From positions 309,919 through 373,918 of the forward strand of contig CALOCX010000017.1 in assembly GCA_942491995.1 (NCBI GenBank): a stretch of 64,000 nucleotides of DNA, in the 5' to 3' direction. A program made the position numbers and the translations under genes. The first letter of the stretch is position 1, and each line of letters starts with the position of its first letter. This document shows positions 40,727 to 53,424 of this stretch, piece by piece. The DNA comes from an uncultured Gammaproteobacteria bacterium (GTDB taxonomy: Bacteria > Pseudomonadota > Gammaproteobacteria > UBA9214). The notes under the pieces were generated by a model. The model had not been told where the DNA came from. It saw only the letters and a list, made by a program, of their open reading frames with translations, and ran no database searches.

Positions 40727-41392
40727 CTACCCTGCAGCCGCCCGCAACCCTTTCCATAACAGTTCCAGTTGTTGCCGGTACATGGCGGCTATCGCCGCCG
40801 GGTTGCTGTGCTGCAGCGCCAGGGGTACGCCGTAAAATATCGAAACCAGTCCCACCATGGCTGCCGGCATGGTGATATTTTCGGGCAATTCACCCTGTTC
40901 TATGGCCGTCTGCAGTGATCCACGCAACAAACCCTCGAGACTGTCATCCGGCGTGTCGACAATGCCGTCCAGATCCGAAAATGCAAGCATGCGTTCCGCA
41001 ACCGTTATTTCAGGGCCCCGGTGGCGTGTACGGCTACGCGCTTCGTGGGCAATGATCTCACCCATCAAGCCGGGTTTCTTTTGTACTTGAATCGAAGTGT
41101 AGCGAAACAGTGCGTCGATGACAGCCAGCCCCTGGTGCTGTTGCATCGCCTGATGACCGTACCAGTTAAGCTCGAGCGTCCATAAGCGGTCGAGGTAGAC
41201 AATAAGGTCTTCTTTTTTCGGAAAATAATTGAAGAAGGTTGCTTCTGAAATTTGCACACGCTCGCACAGTGATTTGACCGACAATGTCTCATAGGATGCT
41301 GCCTCAAGATGGTGCGAGGCTGCCTCGGCCAGCGCCAGACGGGTCTTGGCAAACTTGCGCTCGCGTAATGAAGGCCGTGCGTGAGTCGTCAT
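40727..41392 (-). CDS. TetR/AcrR-family transcriptional regulator
   Basis: LRERKFAKTR...LSVKSLCERVQISEATFFNYFPKKEDL HTH. Confidence 0.92.
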   Translation of the reverse strand: MTTHARPSLRERKFAKTRLALAEAASHHLEAASYETLSVKSLCERVQISEATFFNYFPKKEDLIVYLDRLWTLELNWYGHQAMQQHQGLAVIDALFRYTSIQVQKKPGLMGEIIAHEARSRTRHRGPEITVAERMLAFSDLDGIVDTPDDSLEGLLRGSLQTAIEQGELPENITMPAAMVGLVSIFYGVPLALQHSNPAAIAAMYRQQLELLWKGLRAAAG

Positions 41393-41399
41393 TGATGTA

Positions 41400-41714
41400 G
41401 TTTACCCTAAATATATATCCGGCAGCACAAATTAAAAATTAGTTTAAACAATAAGTTACATTTTTCCAGGACAACCATCTAATAACCCATAATAAATACA
41501 TAGTTTTTATAGGGAATCACGGCTGAACACGTGATATTTGCAGTTTCCTGCCTAAAGCCGGCACCCTGTAATCAATAATTATGTTAAAAATGAATTAGTT
41601 ATATATTTTAAGGTAATATCTAATTATAGGTAGTACTTGTATATAATCATTAAAACAGCACTATTTGTGCTTTTTGTTAGTTATGTATTAGCTAAATATA
41701 ATGTTTACCCTAAA
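41400..41714. repeat. AT-rich spacer bounded by a 12-bp direct repeat
   Basis: GTTTACCCTAAA at 41400-41411 and 41703-41714. Confidence 0.6.
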
Positions 41715-42657
41715 AAGTATCATCGCGTTTCTGCCTGCTGTGCTGTTTCTGCGATTCGAGTTGCAACACCAGCAGCCGGTAGCTTTTGTATTTTTCGAAA
41801 ACGGCCTGGCTGCGGTGACCGGATAAATACTTGTAGCGCAGGCGTTCCAGCTTGTGACGTGCCAGCCACTTGGTGAGCCGCGTCAGCCGCGGATAGCGGC
41901 CACGCAGAAATGTATCGATCGACCGGGATGCCGGCAGCAGCCGTTGCGTCAACCACTCGTCCAACAGGGCGATATTCGGACTGATTCGCGGGGTAATGTC
42001 CTCATCATGCAGCAGGGTAAACGGTGCGCCCGACACGCCATCATAAAACAGGCCGAGGAGGTGACCGCCACTGAAACTGCGGTCACCCTCGGCACCATCA
42101 CAATGCGCGTCGGTCTTGAAAAAGTCACAAATCAGTAATTGACCACCCGGTTTCAACAACAGCGGACTCTTCGCGAAGATCTCTGGCAAGGGGATGTACT
42201 GGAAGCTCTCGCTGAATAACAGCAGATCGTAGCGCTGCCGGCAGGTTGACAGGGGCAGGGACTCGAAATCGGATTCGAACAGCATACTGTCGGTGTGCGG
42301 CATGGCTGCCAGGCGTGCGCGCACTTGCTGGTTCAACTGGGCAGACGGGTTGACGGCATCGACGCCATAACCGCGCTCGATCATCAACTGCAGCATATGG
42401 CCGGTGCCGCAGCCGACATCGAGAATGCGTGGGGCAGGGCGGTCGGCCAGCAGCGCATCAATCTGCTGCAGAATCATCTCGGTGTAACGCTGCTGGGCGA
42501 GGGCAATATTGCCAAGCGACAGCTCCAGATCCGTATCCCAGAGGCCATAGTGCAGATCCTGCACATCCAGTATCTGCTGCGCCAGTACCAGCCCAAGTTC
42601 CCGCGAAGACATTTTTTGCTTGTCTGGCATGGCTCGTCCAGCCCCCATAAATGACAA
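41710..42657 (-). CDS. Class I SAM-dependent methyltransferase (sterol/tocopherol-MT-like N-terminus)
   Basis: DLHYGLW, ILDVGCGTG, FSESFQY, LKPGG; alternative start 42630. Confidence 0.85.
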   Translation of the reverse strand: MSFMGAGRAMPDKQKMSSRELGLVLAQQILDVQDLHYGLWDTDLELSLGNIALAQQRYTEMILQQIDALLADRPAPRILDVGCGTGHMLQLMIERGYGVDAVNPSAQLNQQVRARLAAMPHTDSMLFESDFESLPLSTCRQRYDLLLFSESFQYIPLPEIFAKSPLLLKPGGQLLICDFFKTDAHCDGAEGDRSFSGGHLLGLFYDGVSGAPFTLLHDEDITPRISPNIALLDEWLTQRLLPASRSIDTFLRGRYPRLTRLTKWLARHKLERLRYKYLSGHRSQAVFEKYKSYRLLVLQLESQKQHSRQKRDDTF

Positions 42658-42802
42658 ATAAAATATATTAATTACAATAACTAATAATATTTAATAGGGC
42701 AAAATACATATTTACATGGCCATTTAAATTACAGCGTGTTCACGCTGCAGGGAAGGGCACAGCGACATCCCGGAGCACCAGCGCCCTGTGCAACCTGTCT
42801 GA

Positions 42803-44158
42803 TCACTTGCCAATACAAAAACTGCTGAAGATGCGGCCCAGCAATTCATCGCTGCTGACCTCGCCGGTGATTTCACCCAGCACCTGCTGCGCCTGGCGCA
42901 GTTCCTCGGCAAGCAATTCGCCGGCACGCTGTTGTTCCAGTTGCCGCTGCCCGGTTTCAACATGCTCGTAGGCGCGTCGCAAGGCATCGACATGGCGACG
43001 GCGTGCAGTAAAGCCACCTTCATTGTGCGCGGTGTAGCCGACGCTCTGCTTCAGGTGCAGTCGCAGTACGTCCAGTCCGGCGCCACTCTGCACGGAGAGG
43101 GCAACCGAAGGCTGCCCGTTATCCTCACTGATGCCCGCGGCATGACCGCTTAAATCGATCTTGTTGAATATCAGCGTATGCGGAACACCTGCCGGTAACT
43201 CATCGAGTATGGCGGCATCGGCAGGCGTGAAGCCCGACTGGTCATCAATGACCAGCAACACCCGGTCGGCCTGTTCCAGTGCCAGGCGTGCACGCTGCAT
43301 GCCGGCCTGTTCCACCGGGTCGTCACTGACATGCAGGCCGGCGGTGTCGATGATATGCAGCGGCAGGCCGTCGATCTGGATGTATTCACGCAACACGTCA
43401 CGGGTGGTACCGGGGATCTCGGTGACAATAGCGGCATCACGGCCAGAGAGGGCATTCAGCAAACTGGATTTACCGGCATTCGGGCGGCCGGCAATCACCA
43501 GCGTCATGCCATCGCGTAACAGTTGACCCTGCTGGGCACGTGCACGCATATCGTCGAACTCCGCGCGTAACTCCGCCAGCATCTGTGTAATGGTATCGTC
43601 CGAGAGAAAATCGATTTCCTCTTCCGGAAAATCAATTGCGGCCTCCACATACATACGCAACCGCGTCACCCGGTCGACCAGGGCATGCACACGGCTGGAA
43701 AATTCACCCTGCAGGGACTGTGCGGCCGCACGCGCGGCCGCGGTGGTGGAGCTCTCGATCAGGTCGGCAATGGCCTCCGCCTGCGCCAGGTCCAGCTTGT
43801 CATTGAGGAAGGCGCGCTCGGAAAATTCACCGGGACGGGCAGGGCGCGCGCCCAGCGATAACACCCGGCGCAGCAGGCTGTCCATGACGACCGGGCCACC
43901 GTGACCATGCAGTTCGAGCACGTGTTCGCCGGTGAAGGAGGCCGGCGCCTGAAAGTACAGTACCAGACCTTCATCAATCAGGGTGCCATCGGCCTCTGTG
44001 AATCGCTGTATTTCAGCACGCCGTGGCCGCGGCAGTCGTCCCAGCAGTTGTTGCGCAATGGCCGGGGTATCTGCACCGGAGAGGCGCACGATACCCACCC
44101 CGCCATGACCGGCCGGGGTCGCAATCGCTGCTATGGTATCAGTGGTCGGGCTGACCAC
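42803..44158 (-). CDS. mnmE: tRNA modification GTPase TrmE
   Basis: [36 protein letters not shown]. Confidence 0.98.
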   Translation of the reverse strand: MVSPTTDTIAAIATPAGHGGVGIVRLSGADTPAIAQQLLGRLPRPRRAEIQRFTEADGTLIDEGLVLYFQAPASFTGEHVLELHGHGGPVVMDSLLRRVLSLGARPARPGEFSERAFLNDKLDLAQAEAIADLIESSTTAAARAAAQSLQGEFSSRVHALVDRVTRLRMYVEAAIDFPEEEIDFLSDDTITQMLAELRAEFDDMRARAQQGQLLRDGMTLVIAGRPNAGKSSLLNALSGRDAAIVTEIPGTTRDVLREYIQIDGLPLHIIDTAGLHVSDDPVEQAGMQRARLALEQADRVLLVIDDQSGFTPADAAILDELPAGVPHTLIFNKIDLSGHAAGISEDNGQPSVALSVQSGAGLDVLRLHLKQSVGYTAHNEGGFTARRRHVDALRRAYEHVETGQRQLEQQRAGELLAEELRQAQQVLGEITGEVSSDELLGRIFSSFCIGK

Positions 44159-44173
44159 ACGCGTTGGCCCGTG

Positions 44174-45838
44174 TTATTTCCCGCCGCGCTCGATGCGCCG
44201 CGTAATGACCCACTGCTGCGCAATGGAGAGGGTGTTGTTGACCACCCAGTAAAGCACCAGTCCGGACGGGAAAAACGCAAAAAACACCGTAAACACGACG
44301 GGCAGGGCCATCATCACCTTGGCCTGGATGGGATCCAGCGGTGCCGGGTTCAGCTTCTGCTGAATCAGCATGGTGGCACCCATCAGCAACGGCAGGATGT
44401 AGTAGGGGTCCGGGGAGGACATATCGGTAATCCAGAGGATAAACGGCGCCTGTCGCAGCTCCACACTTTCCAGCAATACCCAGTAGAGGGAAATAAACAC
44501 CGGTATCTGTACCACGATCGGCAGGCAGCCGCCGAGTGGATTGATCTTTTCCTTCTTGTACATATCCATCATCGCCTGGTTGAGCTTCTGGCGATCATCG
44601 CCGTAACGCTCCTTCAGGGTTTTCAGGCGCGGGGCCAGCTTGCGCATATTGGCCATGGATTTATAGCTGGTCTCCGACAGCTTGTAGAACGCCAGCTTGA
44701 TGATCACCGTCACCAGTACAATTGCCCAGCCCCAGTTGCCGACCAGTCCATGGATGGTCTTCAGCAGCCAGAACAGTGGTTGTGCCAGTACTGTCAGCAG
44801 GCCGTAGTCGACGGTCAATTCCAGTCCGGGTGCCACCTGCTTCATCTCATCCTGCAGTTTTGGCCCGATGAAAATCTGTGTTTCATAGAGGGCGGAATCA
44901 CCCGCCGCAACCGTCTGGCCCGGGGAGATCAAGCCGATGACATAGCGGCTGTTGCTGAGGGTCTTGGTGTAATAGCGATTGGCCTCACCGTTCTCCGGTA
45001 TCAGGGCACCGAGAAAATAGTGCTGCAGCATGGCGGCCCAGCCATCGGTAATGGTGCGGTCAAGATCGCTGTCGACCATGTCATCAAATTTTATCTTTTC
45101 GTACTTTTCTTCCGGGCTGTAGATCACGCCACCCATGTAGGTATAGATAAACGTGCTCTGACCGGTCTCCGCCACCTGGGTGCGTTGCAACTGGCGGTAC
45201 TGCCGACCATGCCAGTCGGCGCCACTTTGATTGCGTACCTCGTGCTGCAGGTCGACGGCGTAACTGCCGCGATGGAAGACGTAGCGCTTGGTTACCTCGA
45301 CACCTTCCGGGCTGCGCCAGGTCATGGGAACGACCAGTTCGCCGTCCGACTCACCCATGCGGTAACTCGTTTGTTCCGGAGTGTAGACGATATGATGCGT
45401 GGGCTCGGTACCGACACTGGCGCGCAACCCCGACTGGATAACAAACAGATTCGGCATCTCGTCATTGAGGAGACGGAACGGGGGGGAACCCGGATCAGTG
45501 GTTGCCGGATAGGCCAGCAGGTCAGCCTGTCGTAAATCACCGCCGGTGGTATCGATCCTGACTTTAAAGAGGTCCGTTTCAACCTCAATATACTGGGCAG
45601 TCTTCAGTAATTCGGTTTCCGGCAGCGCACTCACCTGTGTAGCGGGATCACTGGATGCACTCGGGATGTCGTCGCTGCGAGCCGGCATGTCGCCAGGCAC
45701 CGGTTCAGTCGCCGTGCCGGCCTGCGGAGCAACTGCCTCAGGCGTGGCAACAGGTCCATAGTCTTCCACCCAGGCCTGCCACAGCAGCAGCATGACAAAC
45801 GACAGGGCAACGAACAAAAACAGGCGTTGATTATCCAT
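44174..45838 (-). CDS. yidC: Membrane protein insertase YidC
   Basis: Start MDNQRL; VDYG, GNWGWAI, KINPLGGCLP, PSGLVLYW. Confidence 0.97.
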   Translation of the reverse strand: MDNQRLFLFVALSFVMLLLWQAWVEDYGPVATPEAVAPQAGTATEPVPGDMPARSDDIPSASSDPATQVSALPETELLKTAQYIEVETDLFKVRIDTTGGDLRQADLLAYPATTDPGSPPFRLLNDEMPNLFVIQSGLRASVGTEPTHHIVYTPEQTSYRMGESDGELVVPMTWRSPEGVEVTKRYVFHRGSYAVDLQHEVRNQSGADWHGRQYRQLQRTQVAETGQSTFIYTYMGGVIYSPEEKYEKIKFDDMVDSDLDRTITDGWAAMLQHYFLGALIPENGEANRYYTKTLSNSRYVIGLISPGQTVAAGDSALYETQIFIGPKLQDEMKQVAPGLELTVDYGLLTVLAQPLFWLLKTIHGLVGNWGWAIVLVTVIIKLAFYKLSETSYKSMANMRKLAPRLKTLKERYGDDRQKLNQAMMDMYKKEKINPLGGCLPIVVQIPVFISLYWVLLESVELRQAPFILWITDMSSPDPYYILPLLMGATMLIQQKLNPAPLDPIQAKVMMALPVVFTVFFAFFPSGLVLYWVVNNTLSIAQQWVITRRIERGGK

Positions 45839-46067
45839 GCGGGTGTGTGCACTCCTTTTCCGGTACCGGGTCAACACCACCCGGGTGCCAGGGATGGCAA
45901 CGCAGCAGGCGCGCGACACTCATTGCGCTACCGCGCAGTGCGCCATGGCGTTCCACGGCAGTGATCGCATAACTGGAACAGCTGGGATAAAAACGGCAGT
46001 GATTGCCAAGCCACGGACTTAACAGCAATCGATAGCCGCGTATTAGTTGGATGATGAGCCAGCGCAT
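45831..46067 (-). CDS. yidD: Membrane protein insertion efficiency factor
   Basis: CRFYPSCSSYA, RCHPWHPGGVDPVP. Confidence 0.95.
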   Translation of the reverse strand: MRWLIIQLIRGYRLLLSPWLGNHCRFYPSCSSYAITAVERHGALRGSAMSVARLLRCHPWHPGGVDPVPEKECTHPHG

Positions 46068-46420
46068 TTTTTGTCCAATTCTTTCCAGAGCAGTTCCAGT
46101 GCGGCGTGCAAGGTCTTCTTTGACCGGGTCGCCACTCCGGCCCTGCCGAGGACCACGATATCCAGTGCACCCAGACGGGTCTGCCAGTGACGAAAACTCT
46201 CCCGGATGACCCGCTTGATCCGATTGCGTGCTACCGCCGTGCGTGCCACCTTGCGTGAAATCGCCAGGCCCAGGCGAGGGTGTTGCAGCTGGTTGGGAGT
46301 GGCGAGTACTGTCATCCAGCGATTATTCAACCTGTGACGACAGTGCTTGAAGACCCGCTGGTAGTCATCCGGCCCTGACAGTCGTACCCGCCTCGGGAAA
46401 CGCGTCGAACCGCTACACAA
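46043..46420 (-). CDS. rnpA: RNase P protein component
   Basis: PRLGLAISRK, AVARNRIKRVIRESFR. Confidence 0.95.
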   Translation of the reverse strand: MCSGSTRFPRRVRLSGPDDYQRVFKHCRHRLNNRWMTVLATPNQLQHPRLGLAISRKVARTAVARNRIKRVIRESFRHWQTRLGALDIVVLGRAGVATRSKKTLHAALELLWKELDKKCAGSSSN

Positions 46421-46429
46421 GGTGATGGT

Positions 46430-46564
46430 TCAGACAGACAGCGACGCCCGGCCCTTCGCACGACGGGCATTAATTACACGACGGCCATTCTTGGTGCTCA
46501 TACGGGCACGAAAACCGTGAGTCCGCTTGCGCTTCAGGTTACTGGGTTGATAGGTTCTCTTCAT
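46430..46564 (-). CDS. rpmH: 50S ribosomal protein L34 (not in the ORF track)
   Basis: Hand translation: [44 protein letters not shown]. Confidence 0.98.
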   Translation of the reverse strand: MKRTYQPSNLKRKRTHGFRARMSTKNGRRVINARRAKGRASLSV

Positions 46565-46689
46565 GGCACGTCACTTTCAGCAGGTTATACACTCGGGTCA
46601 CGCCAGGGCAGGCGCGAAAGGGCGCAAAGATTACAGTTCCCGGGCCCTTAATGTCAACATCAATACGACTGAATCGTTTCGCAACAGGG

Positions 46690-46698
46690 TGTGGATAA
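46690..46698 (-). promoter_or_regulatory. DnaA box in the dnaA promoter region (autoregulation)
   Basis: TGTGGATAA = reverse complement of TTATCCACA; a 1-mismatch box TTATACACT lies at 46585-46593. Confidence 0.8.
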
Positions 46699-46769
46699 CT
46701 TTTTTCGACAGGTATAGACTCCCCCTCCTGCGGTCAAGGTTAAACAAAAAATTCTAGGGGAGATAAACG

Positions 46770-48122
46770 GTGGAAGCTTCACTCTGGCAACAGTGTCTGG
46801 TTCGTCTTGAAAACGAACTGCCAGAGCAACAATTCAACACCTGGATTCGCCCGCTGCACGCCATTGAAAACGGTGACAACCTGCGGCTGCTGGCTCCCAA
46901 CCAGTTTGTTCTCGAATGGGTTCGCAAACATCACTTCGAGACGATATCGCAAACACTGCATGACCTTGGTCCGCAAACGACCACCCGTGTGCAGCTCGAT
47001 ATAGGCAGTAGCAAGAGTACCTCGCAGCCGGCAACCGGCAACGGCCAGCAGGTACCGGTCACCACGGCCTTTTCCACACCGCAGCAGCAGCCGGTCACGC
47101 ATAAAAGCAATATCAACCCCGAATTTACTTTCGAAACCTTTGTCGCCGGTAAATCCAACCAGCTGGCGCGTGCCGCATCCATGCAGGTGGGCGAGAATCC
47201 CGGCGGTGCCTACAACCCGTTATTCATATACGGTGGCGTCGGCCTCGGCAAAACACATCTCATGCATGCCATTGGGAACATGATTCTTGACAACAAGCCC
47301 GGTGCGCGGGTGGTCTATTTACATTCCGAACGCTTTGTCGCCGACATGGTCAGGGCGCTGCAGCATAACGCCATCAATGCCTTCAAGAACTTTTACCGCA
47401 CGGCAGATGCACTGCTGATTGACGATATCCAGTTTTTCGCCAAAAAGGAACGCTCTCAGGAAGAATTCTTTCATACTTTCAATGCCTTACTTGAAGGCCA
47501 GCAACAGGTCATACTGACCTGCGATCGCTACCCCAAGGAGGTCGAGGGCCTCGAGGACCGGCTTAAATCCCGTTTCGGCTGGGGTCTGACCGCCGCGATC
47601 GAGCCGGCCGAACTGGAGACGCGCGTTGCCATCCTGATGAGCAAGGCCAGCCAGAGTGAAGTCGAATTACCCAGCGATGTTGCCTTTTTCATAGCCCAGC
47701 ACATCCAGTCGAATATTCGTGAACTGGAAGGCGCCTTGCGTCGCGTCATGGCCAGTGCACGTTTTACCGGGCAGGCCATCAGTCTCGACCTGGCTAAAGA
47801 GGCATTGCGTGATTTGCTGGTCTTGCAGGACAAACTGGTCACCATCAGCAATATTCAAAAAGTCGTTGCCGAGTATTTCAAGATACGCGTGGCAGATCTG
47901 CTATCACCGCGTCGCAGTCGTTCAATTACCCGACCGCGACAAATAGCCATGGCGCTGGCAAAAGAACTGACGACCCACAGCCTGCCGGAGATCGGTGATG
48001 CCTTCGGCGGACGTGACCACACCACGGTACTGCATGCGACCCGCAAGGTGGTGGAACTGCGTGACAGTGACATACGCATCAACGAGGATTACAACAACCT
48101 GTTGAGAACACTGACAACATAG
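46770..48122 (+). CDS. dnaA: Chromosomal replication initiator
   Basis: [42 protein letters not shown]. Confidence 0.99.
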   Translation: MEASLWQQCLVRLENELPEQQFNTWIRPLHAIENGDNLRLLAPNQFVLEWVRKHHFETISQTLHDLGPQTTTRVQLDIGSSKSTSQPATGNGQQVPVTTAFSTPQQQPVTHKSNINPEFTFETFVAGKSNQLARAASMQVGENPGGAYNPLFIYGGVGLGKTHLMHAIGNMILDNKPGARVVYLHSERFVADMVRALQHNAINAFKNFYRTADALLIDDIQFFAKKERSQEEFFHTFNALLEGQQQVILTCDRYPKEVEGLEDRLKSRFGWGLTAAIEPAELETRVAILMSKASQSEVELPSDVAFFIAQHIQSNIRELEGALRRVMASARFTGQAISLDLAKEALRDLLVLQDKLVTISNIQKVVAEYFKIRVADLLSPRRSRSITRPRQIAMALAKELTTHSLPEIGDAFGGRDHTTVLHATRKVVELRDSDIRINEDYNNLLRTLTT

Positions 48123-48330
48123 CGTGGATAAGCTGTGGATAATTTTCAGGGCTAAACTTATCCCTACTTATCCACAGTTTGCCAACATGACATCAGACCG
48201 CCAGGCGATCACTTATCATTGATGCAGGATATTGAATATTAAAACGTTTATTAGGTTATACACAGTAATCGGGGCTGCTTAATAAACACAATAACCAAAG
48301 TTATTAACTTAAAAACATTATTTATTAATT
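48123..48330. other. Probable replication origin oriC
   Basis: DnaA boxes at 48123-31 (1 mismatch), 48134-42 (perfect), 48158-66 (2 mismatches), 48168-76 (perfect) and 48256-64 (TTATACACA), followed by an AT-rich tract at about 48278-48330. Confidence 0.8.
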
Positions 48331-49431
48331 ATGAAATTCAGCATACAGAGAGAAGCGTTATTAAAACCTCTTCAACATGTCATCGGCGTTGTAGAACGTC
48401 GTCAGACGCTACCTGTATTAGGCAATGTGTTAATAAATGCCGGCAAGAAAAATGTCTGCCTGACGGCGACAGACCTCGAGGTTGAACTGCAGGCACAGGT
48501 GGCGGTTTCCGTCACCGAGGTCGGTGACATCACCTTGCCCGCGCGCAAGTTGCTTGATATTTGCCGAACCTTGCCCGACGAAGCACAACTCGATATTTCT
48601 GTGAAGAAAGACCGTGCCCTGATCACGTCTGGTAAAAGCCGTTTCACGCTGTCGACCTTGCCAGCCACGGAATTTCCCGTCATTGATAAAATCAAAAGCG
48701 CGCGAAAATTTTCGCTCCCCGAAAAAGAGCTGCATCGCCTGATTGAAAGTACCGGCTTCGCCATGGCACAACAGGATGTACGTTATTACCTCAACGGACT
48801 GATGCTGGAACCCGGTGCAGGTCTGCTACGCGCGGTCGCGACCGACGGTCACCGGCTTGCACTCTGTGACCTGGCAGCGGATGTCGGTGAAGGGGAGAGT
48901 CAGCAGGTCATCGTACCGCGTAAGGGGGTACAGGAATTACAGCGCTTGCTGGAACAGAATGATGCCGAGCTGGCAATCGAAATTGGCAGCAATCATATTC
49001 GGGTGACCACGAATGAACTGCGTTTTACATCCAAACTGATTGACGGACGCTTTCCTGATTATTCACGGGTCATCCCCAAGTCGCTCGATAAACGCCTGTT
49101 GATCAAACGTGATTCATTACGCCAGGCACTCACCCGCACCTCGATTCTTTCCAATGAGAAATACCGCGGTATACGTATGGATATATCAAAAAATAACATT
49201 AAGATTCAAGCACATAACCCAGAACAGGAAGAGGCCGTTGAGGAAATTGATGCCACCTATGACAACGATAATATCGTCATCGGTTTCAATGTGACTTACC
49301 TGCTGGAGGTGCTCAACGTCATTGACACGGACGAGGTGGAAGTCTCTCTGGGTGATGCCAATAGCAGTGCGCTGGTCAGACGGCCCGGCAATGACAACTG
49401 TCGCTACGTGGTCATGCCCATGCGGTTGTAG
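48331..49431 (+). CDS. dnaN: DNA polymerase III beta clamp
   Basis: RRQTLPVL, ATDGHRLA, KLIDGRFPDY, VVMPMRL. Confidence 0.98.
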   Translation: MKFSIQREALLKPLQHVIGVVERRQTLPVLGNVLINAGKKNVCLTATDLEVELQAQVAVSVTEVGDITLPARKLLDICRTLPDEAQLDISVKKDRALITSGKSRFTLSTLPATEFPVIDKIKSARKFSLPEKELHRLIESTGFAMAQQDVRYYLNGLMLEPGAGLLRAVATDGHRLALCDLAADVGEGESQQVIVPRKGVQELQRLLEQNDAELAIEIGSNHIRVTTNELRFTSKLIDGRFPDYSRVIPKSLDKRLLIKRDSLRQALTRTSILSNEKYRGIRMDISKNNIKIQAHNPEQEEAVEEIDATYDNDNIVIGFNVTYLLEVLNVIDTDEVEVSLGDANSSALVRRPGNDNCRYVVMPMRL

Positions 49432-49678
49432 AGCGTTGCATAATCAATCAACGAGCGCTCAATCACTTTCAGACCCATCATTCAGCCGCTACGCACTTTG
49501 TGCTACAGCAGCGCCCAGCGGTAACGCCACTTTGGAAATTGGCCAGGATGTATTCAGGGTGCATGAAGCCGGCCCGCCGTACTCACATACCCCTGTACCC
49601 GATCCTGCCCGGTCATGCCATGCGCTAACGCAACGACCCGTATCCACAATTCGGATGCAGACAACGGCTTGCTGATCC

Positions 49679-50758
49679 ATGGGTTTACAGTCGCTCGAAA
49701 TCCGAGATTTTCGCAATATCCAGCATGCCTCCCTGACGTTCTCTCCAGGACTGAACCTGGTCACCGGCGAAAATGCCGCTGGTAAAACCAGCCTGCTGGA
49801 AGCCATCTATCACCTTGGACGGGTACGTTCTTTCCGCACGCATCACGTCAACCAGCCGATTCGCGATGGACAGGTTGCGTTTCGCCTGGTTGGCCGACTG
49901 CTGCGCGAGAAGGGCCGGGTTGTACCTATCGGCATCGAAAGACAGACCACCGGTTTACAGGTGCACCTGGATGGCCGCGTAGTACGACGCCTCTCGGATT
50001 TGGCCGGTAGTTTTCCGGTGCAGGTATTAAGTGGCGATACCGCCACCATCCTCAGTGGCGGGCCACGTTACCGGCGGCAAACGCTCGACTGGGCGTTGTT
50101 TCACGTGGAACAGGCCTACCGCGATGTATGGCAGCGTTACACACGTGCGCTACGCCAGCGTAATGCGGCGTTGCGTGCCGGGATGCCGGCCAATCAAATT
50201 TCAACGTGGGATGCAGAGATGTTGATGGCGGCAGAGCAGATCCACAATTTACGCCAGCTTTACTTTGAAAATCTCATCCCCCACCTGCAAGCTGAGGTGG
50301 GTCGCTTGTTACCGGCTGTGACACTCAACTTGAGTTACCAGGCGGGGTGGCCGGCTGACTCGACCCTGGCCGAACGGTTGGAAAGGGCGCTTGAAAAAGA
50401 CCGTGCCCTGGGTAGTACACAATACGGGCCGCATCGCGCGGATTTTAAACTCACCGTAAACGGTCAGTCGCTACAATCGCATTTTTCCCGTGGCCAGCAA
50501 AAGGCCGCTGTGGTGGGTTTCATGCTGGCACAGGTTAAATGCCAGCAAGATCGATCGGCGCCTATGGGGGCCTTTTTACTGGATGACCTGGGTAGTGAAC
50601 TCGATGCGACGCACCAGTTCCGGGTGCTGGAATCGCTGCGGGAACTTGATATCCAGGTGTTTGTGTCCGCCATTGACTCGGGGCGCAGCGAACTGCCGGA
50701 CTGGCCAGACATGAGAAGGTTTCACGTGGAACGTGGCGAGATACAGGAAGTGGTATAA
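49679..50758 (+). CDS. recF: DNA replication/repair protein RecF
   Basis: GENAAGKTSLLEAI, GPHRADF, SRGQQK, LLDDLGSELD. Confidence 0.96.
   Translation: MGLQSLEIRDFRNIQHASLTFSPGLNLVTGENAAGKTSLLEAIYHLGRVRSFRTHHVNQPIRDGQVAFRLVGRLLREKGRVVPIGIERQTTGLQVHLDGRVVRRLSDLAGSFPVQVLSGDTATILSGGPRYRRQTLDWALFHVEQAYRDVWQRYTRALRQRNAALRAGMPANQISTWDAEMLMAAEQIHNLRQLYFENLIPHLQAEVGRLLPAVTLNLSYQAGWPADSTLAERLERALEKDRALGSTQYGPHRADFKLTVNGQSLQSHFSRGQQKAAVVGFMLAQVKCQQDRSAPMGAFLLDDLGSELDATHQFRVLESLRELDIQVFVSAIDSGRSELPDWPDMRRFHVERGEIQEVV
50097..50112. promoter_or_regulatory. parS site 1 (inside recF)
   Basis: TGTTTCACGTGGAACA matches the bacterial parS consensus. Confidence 0.9.
50718..50733. promoter_or_regulatory. parS site 2 (inside the recF 3' end)
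   Basis: GGTTTCACGTGGAACG. Confidence 0.85.
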
Positions 50759-53239
<2,481 letters not shown>

Positions 53240-53350
53240 GGCGAGTAAAATACGCTATGGCGCAAAGCATGATAATTTTTATGTAATTGAATTTATTAAT
53301 ATAAATAATTGTGCGCGCTATAATTATAGCGAATAATAAAATTATATATA

Positions 53351-53424
53351 TGTAGGTGCGGCGTCCTCGCCGCGATTAGGGGTAGGTATTGCATAACAAT
53401 CGCGGCGAGGACGCCGCTCCTACA
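53351..53424. repeat. REP doublet (REPIN-like inverted repeat), GTAG family
   Basis: 27-bp arms TGTAGG(T/A)GCGGCGTCCTCGCCGCGATT inverted, 20-nt spacer, between convergent gyrB and plsC. Confidence 0.9.

Noticed and set aside
41412-41702. AT-rich spacer as a second (Pseudomonas oriCII-like) origin
   Set aside because: No perfect DnaA boxes (best is one 1-mismatch TGTATATAA) and no GATC cluster.
43901-45535. 544-aa + strand ORF antisense to yidC/mnmE
   Set aside because: Antisense shadow; the real genes on the - strand are unambiguous.
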